NCBI RefSeq assembly: GCF_902459465.1
Contig: NC_047067.1
Location: 8,680,001 to 8,744,000 of the forward strand
Reading direction: 5' to 3'
Length of the DNA stretch: 64,000 nt
Origin: Asterias rubens
Lineage: Eukaryota
The notes under the pieces were generated by a model, which searched no databases, was not told the origin of the DNA, and saw only the letters and a list, made by a program, of their open reading frames with translations. This document shows positions 36,501-49,000 of this stretch, piece by piece. Both the position numbers and the translations under genes were made by a program. Numbering within the stretch: position 1 is the first letter of the stretch; every line of letters starts with the position of its first letter.

Positions 36501-39500
36501 CCGGTCTCTGGAGTTATTCACGAACTTCGAAGTTTGTCGTCATCAGATGTTCAGGCTATACCGCAGTAAGGACTTGTAGCAGAACCATGCCAATTCCTGT
36601 CTTGGGAATAGGAGACTACGTTAACGCTTGTTTTTAAACAATCCTCCGATTGGGGGAGGTGTGCATATATTAATTTTTTGGGATCCGGACTTTGGCTTTC
36701 CCTTTTTGAAATATGTCTTCAATGGGAAACATGTGCATACCGGCATTGATAACGTAGTCTCGTCTCAAGACAGGAATTGAAAACCCCTCGGTGTGGTAAA
36801 AGAATGATGGCGTTTCCCACAACGCCCAATGCAACAACAACAAAAACAGAAACAAACAAAACAAGTAAAAATGCAGCTTCATAACTTCAAAAGTTGAAAT
36901 AACGGACGCTTAAAGAACCAGAGAAGGTGAGTTCTGACGCCCCGATTTTCCCGCATGTTTGCATTCTGAAATATGGCTGCACCACCTGGGCAAACGCATG
37001 GTGGCGCTGTAATGTCAATCACCTATTATTTTGAAGCATTTCCATTTCCAAATTATAGGAGCTGCGGCTTTTCCTAATAGCTAGCCTATGCTTCAACGTA
37101 CGTTTACTTTGTGATACAGCCATAGCCATAGGTAGCCCTAGCCGCTAACGGACAAGCCCTATAGCTACCAATGATTGTTTTTTTTTTTTTTTTTTTTTCG
37201 GGGGGGGGGGGGGGTACGTTATAGAAATAAAACGGCCTTGTGTTCTGTCTAACACCCGTATGTACTGTCTTTTCATGTATGTCTGTCATTTTTTCTGTTC
37301 GTCCATGGGCTGGGGAACAAAAGATGTTGTTATATCTCGGTTACAAATTGTGAAGTTTCATTAGTCGAGAACCAATCACGTGATGTGATACAAATGCGCA
37401 CCACGGATTTTTTTTCTTTAAAAAGTTTGTTGGCTAAAAGAGTTGTTAGTTTTCATCTCGTATAATTATGTTTATTTGTGAAGGCCATAAGTATTGATGT
37501 TTTTTTTAATTCACAAAAGTATATTTCCTTTCGTGAATGTCTACTAGTTCGCATGACGTCAGTGGTAGTAGGACTAATGGAAATACCAGAATTTTCCGAC
37601 TTTATTTTGTCAGCGTATGACATTAATTATTAAGACTCCATTCTGCTTATACTTTGTCTTAACTTTCAGTTTGTTTTTATAGTCGCATTACAATTCATGC
37701 ACAATAAAGACGTTTTTTTAATGACACAAGTCATGTATAGTTAAATAGCTTTTAAAGTGTAGATTCACACAGAACATTTGTAAAAAAAAGATTTTTAGAT
37801 TTAAGCTTTTTGCTTGTAATTAAAGAGATAACAATAGTTATGTGTATAGAAATGATTTACCATTTGCAGCTTAAAGTATAATAATGGCCTATTGTTTTAA
37901 CTATTCCCCCCAAACTAGAAGTGTTCAAATTTGACACTTCGTGAGTCTGTCCTCAACATATTTACAGAACAAATTTCAGTCTTTACAATGTTCTGCACAT
38001 CCTTCATGCGATTTGAGTTGAAGTCACACAGTAAACATAAACAAAATAAAAATATTAGTAAGTTGCGTTGTTCAACCCTCTTTTTAATCGAAACAGTTAC
38101 TCAAGTAATAAACAAGCCTATCAGCTGGTAGTTGTGAAATAGTTTGAAGGAGACAAAAAGTCGTGCAATTTAATTCAAATAATTTAGACCAGACTGTCCA
38201 AATTAATTATGTATTATGGATATCCCTTTAGTTCACACCTTCCCTTAGAGTTTATCGCTCTTCGTTGATTGAATGTTCGCTGTATTTTAATAATTAACTT
38301 GCTGTGATATATCAAAGTAAAACAAAAATAACCTGCTTATAATTGTTTGATCGATAACAGTTTATTATATTATTATATTTTAAACCAAAACTTTATGATC
38401 TACCGAATAAAGACACAATTTAAAATCACACTGTTTTAATATATATTTTTTTACACATTTTTAATTTTTTGTTGAGACGATTTTTAACCTTCACCTGTGA
38501 ACGTCATGATTGTGTTTCGTCACTCCGTTATTTTTTTGCACGAATAGCAAGTTGATGATAGACCCAACGTACTAAAGGCATCGTTTTCCTTTTGTTTTTT
38601 GTTTAACCGTTCGATTTTTTTAAATCCTATATAAAGGTAGTTGTATACAATCCAATTAACCTTTAAAAAAAGTCATTTCAAAAGGGTGGTCGCGTTTTTC
38701 ACGAATTGCCGAATTTTCGGAGCGAATATGTTACGCATTGAAGAATAATCCTTAATGGAATACACAATTTGAAAAGACCGTGGTATAACGCTTCCAAGTT
38801 TTGGTGGATAAAAATTGCTATCCTTTTTACATAATCGTAGTACTTCGAAGTGGAATGTTTCTCAAAGTGCAGTATCCACAAAGCTGATGTACTTTTTACC
38901 ACGTAAGTTTTTATTGCCATAAATAATTGTCAGAGTCACTACCAAGCGCCATTCGTGCGAAAAAATAGAGCGCTGAAACAATGACGTCACTTGTGGAGGT
39001 TGTCACACAAAACCCCTCTGTTGTGTGTACCATTGGTGGGGTACGTGAGATACTTGGGATACCAATAACGCCCGTACATTGGTCGATAACAATAATCTCA
39101 ACGCTTGAGAAAGTATAACAAGGGATGTATGATTTTTCTGTAAACGACCGGTGTATAAGGGTTGTTTAAACACCGTCGCACTAACGTTATAGCTCGGTTT
39201 ATCATTGGTATTGAAACATCGACCAATTTCACAGGCAATGTGGAGTGTTTATTGCCCGTCGTGTGAGCAGCACTGTGCACAGTTCATGATTTCAGACACA
39301 CACTAAAAAAGTCGACCCCACATCCTTGACTTTATAAGTGACATTGACTTTATCATGTCGTCACATGTCCTTTCACGTATTTTTTTTCCCTTGAAATTTT
39401 TAATTTAAAAAAAATAACGATTTAGATTTATTCGGGACACACCTGGCCGGACTGAGGGTGCGATCCCCTGGGGGTATTTCGCCTTGAACACGGTGGGCTG

Positions 39501-40014
39501 TCAAGTCCGGTTTCCCGGAATGTTCTGGGTTTGAATCTTCCTCAGGTATGGTGCAAGTCTAATTGTTTACTGGTCAGTACTACCCGTAAATAGGGATGTT
39601 TGTTTGAACAAGGGCACAGTTTTTAATTTGTATATGCAGATTACCTTCTGCTGAGTTTGCTGTTTTCACAAAGATTAGTTATCGTGCTTCCAACTTCAAC
39701 TTGAAATTTGAATTAGGACTTTAAAATATGCTTTTAAAAAGAATGCAATAATTTCGGTTTTACACGCGTTAAAAATTCACACCTAATGTGAAGAAATGGA
39801 ACAGTCCATGCAAAATAGAAAACAAAAGAAAGTTTGTCACCTTAATCGTCTGTTATAAACAGGTACCGTACAGAGTATTGAATTCACCGCATGAGTCTTG
39901 CACACAGACAAAACTTCACTGGCTTCGTGTTCTTAGCTTCTCGTTTATTTTTAAAGCTTAGAAAGTACTTTTGCTAGTTGTTTTGAATCCATTCTTTTCA
40001 AACCTTTATCCGAA

Positions 40015-43000
40015 ATGGGGATTTCTCCCCTGTTTTTGATGTGCGTTGTAGGCTTGCTGGTGTTGCACCGTGTTGGTGCATCTCATTTCAGGGGTGGGAT
40101 CATCACATGGAGATCGCTACCCGACAACCCACGATCGGTAAGAATGTTTTGGATTATTGACTGAGCAATTAATTGCTCCATGGTAATGTGATGACATTTT
40201 GTTTCATTCTCCGTTTTGACAACTTCAGTGAATTGTCACGAGAAACCGTACTATAGCTTTGGGAAACGTCTTAATTATTTGATATCTTAGTGATTTACTC
40301 TTATGGGGTGGGGTTAGTTCTAAGAGTAGGAGGTGCAAGCATGTAGAGAACTTTGAGGTGGGCCATAATCATTTATCAACTAATGAGATATTTAAGATTT
40401 GAAACTTTGCATTGTGGAAGCTTTATGCGAGGTTTCTTTTTGAGTAGTGTCGGTTCTGAAAGGAACCTGTTGTTGACAACCCAACTTTCGATCACTCGGC
40501 CCACAGCTCTGATCGTCTTCTGCAACATTCGTCTGAAGACGATCATAGCTTACTGATCAAAACGTTGAGTTGTCAACCACCAGTTATTTTCAGAACAAAC
40601 ACTGCTCAATAGGGATTTGCACATGCGGCTATACCGCAAACCTCACCTAAAAGATAGTTCATGATTTGTAAAAAACAAAAAGATTGTAATATTAATAGAG
40701 AAATTCACAACAGCTTGCTCCGATCGTAGTTTTCAGATAACCTGAATCCTACATAATCCCCAATGTTCTTTTTTGGTATGTTAAGCACGACTCATGAACA
40801 AGCTTCGTGTGAAGAATTGGCAACATATTCTACGGCTTTCATAGTGTGTTTTCTGGTTGGGTTTTGTTTCAGTGTGGTTATGTGTAAGCGGTGTTTGCAG
40901 TATGAATAACTATAAGTTATGTTTTTTAAGGGGAACTTTAGTTGGAGTTCCTCAGTTTGATAAGGCTTAGAATGAGACGTACAGTTGCAAAGAGCATAAA
41001 CATGCGTTTATTGAAACAAATATCCGTAAAAAACCTCCCCCCCCCCCTAAAAGAAAACACACTCCAAAACCTGTTGAACAGCCATAAAACTTCCTCACCT
41101 GATCATACTGTATAAGAGATTATTAGAACTAAAAAAAATATAAAAAAAAGATAATAAACGGCTTTGATTTTTTTTTAAATTATAAACCTAAACGTAAATT
41201 ATAATAAAGCCATCCACTTGATTTCCCACCGTTTTTCCCTTCAACTTTTAAGACTCATGTGTTCACCAAAAACTTCAGTGACCGTCGGAGCTGGGAAGTG
41301 CTGTAGTGTTTGGCATTGGTTGAAAGTTCAACATCAATATTTTAATATGAAAAACAACTTTAAAGTTTGTTTTATTGGGTATCGTCCAAATATTTTGAAA
41401 TTTGACAAACAAGGGCAGTAAGTTTGTACCACATCTGCCAACTTCTAAACAACAAAATATTTGTTGATTTCAAATTGTCCGATCTTAGTACGCTGCCGGT
41501 ACACAAATCACATTCAGAACAATGAGCTTCGATTTTTTGTCCTAATTTGATTTCAACGTGTGAATATTATGACACGTTGGTTCACTTTGATCAAGTTTTA
41601 GCCGCGAATTGGATGGCGGTTTGTGAAAGACACTTCCCGTAATTCAATAAAATAAATCCTTGATTTAATTTGTATTGAGAGAAAAATAAAAGGCCACTGG
41701 CACTTGACACACTTGGTATTGAAAATAATATAGTTTTCGCAGAAGAAAACAAACACTCCCTTAAAGGCATGGACACCTGTGTAGTAATTGTCAAAAACCA
41801 GTCTTCTCACTCGGTGTATCCCAGCATATGCATAAAATAACAAACCTGTAAACTTTGACTCAATTGGTTATCGAAGTTGGAAGAGGGAATAATGAAAAAA
41901 AAAACACACTTGTTGTACATGCTTTAAGATGCCTATGCTTTAGGCCTGTGGTGCTTTATTAGTTTAATGAGAAATTACCTCTTTCTCAAAAACTACGTTA
42001 CTTCAGAGGGAGCCGTTTCTCACAATGTTTTATACTATCAACAGCTCTCCGTTGCTCGTTACCCAGTAAGGTTTTATGCTAATAATTATTTTAAGAAAAA
42101 CCAATAGTGTCCACTGCTTAAAAAAAAATGAGTGCATCACAAAACTTGGCTCTAATTACCCTCTTGTATTGATTTAATACAATTTTAGGTATCAACAACA
42201 TATCCTGCACATCTTCCAGTCATAAAACTGCAATGTACTAATAAACACAAACTTTTAAACACTTAAAATAATCATTGTTTACATTATGATTACCATCATC
42301 CATTGTAAACAAATGATCACATTTGTAAACACTGCAATCAGCATAACAGTTGATAAAATCTGTTTGGATCTGTTATCCAATAGCATCCAGTTCCTTTAAC
42401 TGAAACAAAAACAATTTCACGTCTTGAAATACCAGACGGGTGTCAGGTGTCGTCAATATACCACCTGTAGAGTTTGTTCTTTTCCATCAATTGGATTTAA
42501 ACCTTCTGACATAGTTTTGTATACATTATTATTATCAAATTATTATTTGAATCCAAAACAATTCTCGGTAGAAGATAAGTCGAAGACAATAACAAGAACT
42601 TTCTAGCCTTGACAAGCAAAGTGGAAAGGAGCCTCCCGCTGGGGTGGGAGGGTACGGGTGTCTCATTGCAGCAAGGGTGCTTTGACCGCGGCCCCCGCTC
42701 CAGTTCGTCCTATTTTTGAGTGAACTCGTCTTCTTTTCTTATTTTGAAGAAATACTTCGCTACGGTCGAAACGTCAGGCCAGTAACTATTTTTTGGGAAT
42801 GGCCAAAATGCGAACGTACATTTTTATGGCCGCATGGTGAAAATTCGTATTTTCAATTATTAGCACGTTGTTGAATTGAGCCACGCGGTGTTTCTTCGAA
42901 CATGTGGTTAAATTTGTAATGGCTTTGATCTTATTTTATCTTCATTAAAAACAATAGTTGCAAAAGTTGGCCTGCGTTCGTTGGCAATAAATCAATGGTG

Positions 43001-46000
43001 AAAACTGATATTCAATTCATGAGCGACTTTATATATTTTTGAAACATATAAATCGTGACAAACAATTACTGAAAAAAATGTTTTATTGTTCGTAAGCATA
43101 TACTCTTATGTTTGAAAGAAAGAAAAAATGCTATTTCCCTGTTTTTTTTTAAACTTTACTTTATCTTATTTTATTAAAACAATGGTTGCAATGTTGGCCC
43201 GCGTTCATAGGCAATAAATCAATAGTGAAAACTCGTATCCAATTCATTCGTTGTGGAATCGAGCCACTTATTATGGTGTTTCTTCGAACATGTGGTTAAA
43301 ATTTTAAATGTTTTTATTTTTATTTTATTCTATCTTGTTTTATTAAAACAATAGTTGCAATAGCTGGCCCATATTCATACGCAATAAATCAATTAATGAA
43401 CCCGGATTTGCCAACTTCGCATATTTATGAAACCACAGCTTGCTCGAGGAAAGGGGATCGCGAACCGGGGGAAAAGGAGAAAAGAAAATTGAATTTATTT
43501 CCATGACAGAGGGAGCGCGGAAGAAAATAATAAATAACGCCAATGCGTACGTGCTGCAATTCCAGTGTATTGATCCCAAAATTAATGGGTTTAAAATCAT
43601 TATTTTATTAACAAAAACTTAATCAATATAACACCCGGCCCATCAGCTTTTGAAGCAATAATGTTCCGTTGAATCAGCATTCGGCGTAATTCAATTCATA
43701 CTGGACCGAATCATGTGTTGTACGAAAACGGAATTGAATGCATACCAAAAAAATCAACACATAATCAATAGGTGAAGTGTGTGATTTGAAAGCGTGGCAA
43801 TAAACTGAATTATTTGTGCTGAAATTGGCAGGGGAAAACCATATAATGATAGGAGTCTAAAAAATAGACGCGTATGACCATAGTAGTAAGCATGTTCATA
43901 AGTTGTTTCCACTTTTATGCGAATTGAACAACGTTGCCATTCTCGACCATTAGTTTTTGTTCAGTCAGAAATTTTCTTTGTAGAGATCGAAACTTTACAA
44001 TCAAAGATTGAAAGCAAGTTGATTTTACCCGGAATTCCAAATTCTGGTTCAAAGTGTCCATAAAACAATGAGAAACGGCAAGGACCTTTGCTGGCGCGGC
44101 GGTCTGAGGTGGCAAGGACCTTTGCTGGCGGACTGAGGTGTCAAGGATGTCAGATAATCTAGTTAGGTTTGAATATCGAATTGATAATTTTTCAACAGGT
44201 GGTTGTTTGCAATAAGCCATTTAGGGGCCTTGCTGCCTCACCGACAACAGCTGCTGTTACACAGCAAGCCCACACTTCGAGGTGTCGGCATTGACAGTCG
44301 AAACTTAACTGTCCAGTGAAAAACAAAAACAAACAAAAAGCGATGGATCAATCGGTGTCAACCTCTGATCATGATGAAAGTATTGCACAGTGTCTGTCCG
44401 GGAGTAGGGGTGTCGCATGCAATTATGTCCTCTATGCAATACTATCCGGAGGACACTATTGCATACTATCCGGAGGACATTATTGCATATGCAACAATGT
44501 CCACCGGACGGTTTTGCATATGCAATCGTAACCGCCCGGACGCTGCTACATAATGCAATTGTGTCCGCCCGGACACATTTGCATATGCAGTTGTCCGCCC
44601 CGTGCAAAACTGTCCTTGCAATCAAACGCCCTTGGTCGACGGAACACGTTCGCCATTTTTGTTTTTACAAGCCAAGTGCATGTCATGAATGACATGGGAA
44701 ATGTTCGGCCGCTGGGTATTCGCTGCGATCATAAAATACGTGAATATTCATACTGCATTATATACATAGATTAAATGCATGCACGCTCGCTTACGGGTAT
44801 GCGCGCACACGGTTTTTTGCATAGCCCCGGACACGATTGCATACGCAAAAGTGTCCGGAGCGGACAGTATTGCATGGCGGACACAATTGCACCTGACAGG
44901 GGCATGAATGTGGTCTACATTTTGGCCAAAAACGAAAGTAGGACCCTGATTTTTGGCGCCGAATCTGAATTAGCGGCTACGGCTACGACTGTTGCTAAGG
45001 GAGAACATCTTAAGCTTCATTGCACGATGACAGGAAATAATTATAGCCCGTAGCCGTTGATGTCACCGCCAACTCGGGACACGGCTGTTATTATAGACAG
45101 GAACTCTTCTGTATTCGCATGGTCATGGTTAAGCTAGTGGTGGCGCCCTTTATTGTGTATCAGTTTCAAGAAAACCAGCAGACCACGTGGGGGTCAGGTT
45201 CTCTTCGGCCGGCCGGGGAAAAAAGAACTTCTTAGGTTTCGTTCCCCACCTTTCCTTCCAGGGTAAGTACTTTCAGAGCCAGGGTTACCCTCCCCCTGCC
45301 CTGCTGTAGTGACCTTGGCAGTGTCTACCCGGCTGTCAGGCTGTCAGGCTGTGTCAGACTGTCACAGTGTCAGCTCACCGACAGTCACTCAATCTCAGTC
45401 CATTATTAGTGTACATGGAGGAAAAATCACGCTCAGTACTCTCACCACATATTCAATATTATCAAACCTGGATGAAGAAATAGACCAAGAACTCACTGTT
45501 TCAGGCCTTGCTCTATGGTTCAACGTTTCATTTTAGCGCAGGGAATTCAGGTTGTGGTGGCCGAGTCTTCACAATGCAGGTTCTAATTTTACGTAATCTA
45601 GTCCAGGTTGGTCCTCCCATGGAGGAAGAAACTCCTTTGCATAAAACGGCACTGTCGAGCACTGACTGACGTCCTACCACCAGGCTATAGTTGCCTTTCC
45701 CTCCTCCAGACGGCCGTCGGGGAGGATTAAGTTACATGCGGTATTGCAACTATACTTATTTGTGTCCTTAAGAGCAAGACACTTGACTTGAGTTTGACTT
45801 TATATGGTACTTGCTTCCTTGCATTTATGTCCCAACTTATGGATTTCATGCCTATATATGGATCCTGTGGGCCGAGTAACAAAGGTAGATGTAGAATGAT
45901 TTTATTACTCTGCCAAAAAAAAACATTAAAAAAAATGTTATGTGGGCGTAACAGGCCCCCCAAAATAGGGTAGGTAGGTAGGGATTTATTTTTTATTTTG

Positions 46001-49000
46001 TTTACGTATTTTCCATCTCAGCAACGAAAATTACATGTTGATGTTAAATTTGATGAAATTTATTTTATTTGTCTGTCTTTAATAGGTTTTAATAATTAAA
46101 TTTCTTCCTTTGAAACAAATTAAAATACCCAGGGTCGGTCGTATTTTTAGGGTAGGTCAGGTCACGCCCACATAACATTTGTTTGTATGCCTTAGTTGCA
46201 ATGGTCATACCCCTAGCCATCCTCCATTTTCCCGAGGATGTAGGGTAAGGCCATGTCCGAATTGGCGACTTCGGCTACAGCTACAGCTTCAACACTGACA
46301 GACGCGCTGATCTAGCTGTAGCTGTAGCCAAAGTCGCCAATTCGGACACGGCCTAAGATTATCACAACTACAATGCGCTATCTACATGTAAAAATCTCCT
46401 ATTTGTGCTCTCAGGTTGAGGTCACATATCGTCTGGCATGGAAGAAGGACTTCATCGAGCAGAACTTTGACGTCTGCACGGCAGAGGCGGTTGAAGACAA
46501 GACTGAGCTCTTCATCGGCAAGAGGCTGTACCTCAATGAAGATGTTGTCATTAATGATATGTCTTATATCTGCACTGATTATAACGTAGCAGGGGACTAT
46601 GCAGCTGGTGTGCAGACTTACATCATACCTGTTCCTGATGGTGTTTTTGCCTTTGATATCAGGTTGGTATAAATGACGACAACAAATACAACTTGGGCCT
46701 TTTAAGACTTTTAAGACAGTGGACACTATTGGTAATTGTCAAAGACTAGCCTTCACAGTTGGTGTATCTCAACAATATGCATAAAACAACAAACCTGTGA
46801 AAATTTGAGCTCAATCGGTCATCGAACTTGCGAGATAATAATGAAAGAAAAAAAACACTCTTGTAACACAAAGTTGTGTGCGTTTAGATGCTTGATTTCG
46901 AGACCTCAAGTTCTAAACCTGAGGTCTCGAAATCAAATTCGTGGAAAATTACTTCTTTCTCGATAACTATTGCACTTCAGAGGGAGCCGTTTCTCACAAT
47001 GTTTTATACCATGAACCTCTCCCCATTACTCGTTACCAAGTGAGGTTTTATGCTAATAATTATTTGTAGTAATTGCCAATAGTGTCCACTGCCTTTAAAA
47101 AAAAGCTGTATGTGTCTGTTTGTTTTAAATTCTAAATGTGTGATCAAGGGCCCCAATTTAGTGGGCCTACATGCCTGTTCAGGGTTTCCCTTTTGCGCCA
47201 CAATATATTTTGATGTTATTTTGTGCAATAAAGGTAACAAACTGACATAAACTATAGTATATATTAATATTTTTGTTCAACAAAGAAACATTTTACAGGG
47301 CGTGATTTGATGACCGTGGCAGGGCTCTACCAACAGAGCAACCTAGCCCTATGTTGACGGTCTCCTTGTATGATAAACTTGGATGTGACCCAAGCTATAC
47401 ATGGCAGTTATGGTGGTGTATGGCTTCTGGCTGGCAACCCAAAACAAATATATATAAAATAGAGCGGTTGCAACAAACGGCTATTTTTATAGCCCAGAAG
47501 TATTGCGCTGGCATGTTATACCTGAGGTCATTGGTTCAAATCCCTCTCCGGTAAATTTTTCTTTGGTCAACCCCAAACCATTATTCATTAGTAAACAAAA
47601 TTGTCAAGGCACACAGGCAAACAGTTACTAAAAGCTCTATTAAAATAATAGCACTAATCTGAATTCAAGAAAATGAGGGAGAAAAATACAAGAAAATATA
47701 ACATATTTTGTCTTCCTGATCACAGCATTCAAAGTTGTTGCTGGGTCGCCCTCCAGAATTATCCAGTACCCAGGAACTACCAGCTGAACGCTACTGTTGA
47801 CTTGACTCCAAGAGCCAACCGTGGGAACCAGACCAACTCTTCACCTACAGCCTCTATCGTACCCGTGCAGTTTGTGCAACAATCATGCAACCATGTCATA
47901 CGCATTCCTGGTAAACAGTTTTTTCAATCATTAACGGTTTATTCTTTTAAAACAAATTTCACATGGCAACCTCTAGTCATGTAACAGAAAAATATAGAGA
48001 GAATAGACCCTATGCATTGACCTTATCCACAAATGCACAGATTTGTATCCACTTGGCATTGGTTTGCCCAATGAACAGCCGCTTTTTAACTCTAGGTGAG
48101 GGCGCCCTACTGATATGATACCATGTGCATAATGTCTACACAACATTTAAAGAGATGATAAAATTGCACTATTACAAAATGGAAACATCAAAATCGGTAG
48201 AAGGGGAAGAGTTTTGTTTTAAATTTTTTTAACGATAGTTAGACAGTAACCAAGATAACAAATTGGTTCAGGCCATCTTAAGAAGGAAAACTTATTTATC
48301 CTGATTATAGTGAGTGATCCTGACGGTGACGTGGTGAGGTGCAGATTTGCCGACCCTTCTCGCAACGAGTGTTTCAAAGTCTGCGGTGCATTGGAAGCCT
48401 CCAACCTTGAGAGCTCCGAGGTCAGTAGATAGAGGTGGACCTTTGTAATAAAAAAAGCTGCCATGCATTAAGCCATACGCGTGTTAGATTCAAATACTGT
48501 CTGGTACAATGACTTGCTTGATCACAATTTACCCAAAGATTGGATCTGCGGAGCCTGTGCAACACAAGTGAATTTTGTAGACATGTTTTGCTCTGATTTC
48601 CGAAAGTAAAAACGGCTTATGTGAAAACTGTTTTGGGGGATGTTTTGTTTTTACAGACAGAGTGTACATTGACCTACAATGGGCCGAATCAAGTTGGATG
48701 GTACGGAGTCACCATCATGATCGAAGATTTCAATCGTAGGAGGCCCAACCGCCCTCTAAGTAGGGTAAGATTATTATTGTGGAAAATATTATATTTTCAA
48801 GGATCTTTTTGTGAAGAATGTGAAACAATTTTGAATGCATTGCATTAGTGTTTTGTTGTTGTTGAATATAATCCCTCAGTGAATTCTGTCTTTTCCATTT
48901 ATCTTGACTTCACCTCATGAAAGATTCTGAGGTCCCGAAATCAAGCATCTCAAAGCACACAACTTTGTGTGACAAGGGTGTTTTTTTCTTCCAATATTTT

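Noticed and set aside
43915-45740. ORF 43915-44220 (-) and GC-richer stretch 45100-45740 as a nested gene or LTR/DIRS element
   Set aside because: No recognisable protein motif, terminal repeats or TSD could be established by eye.
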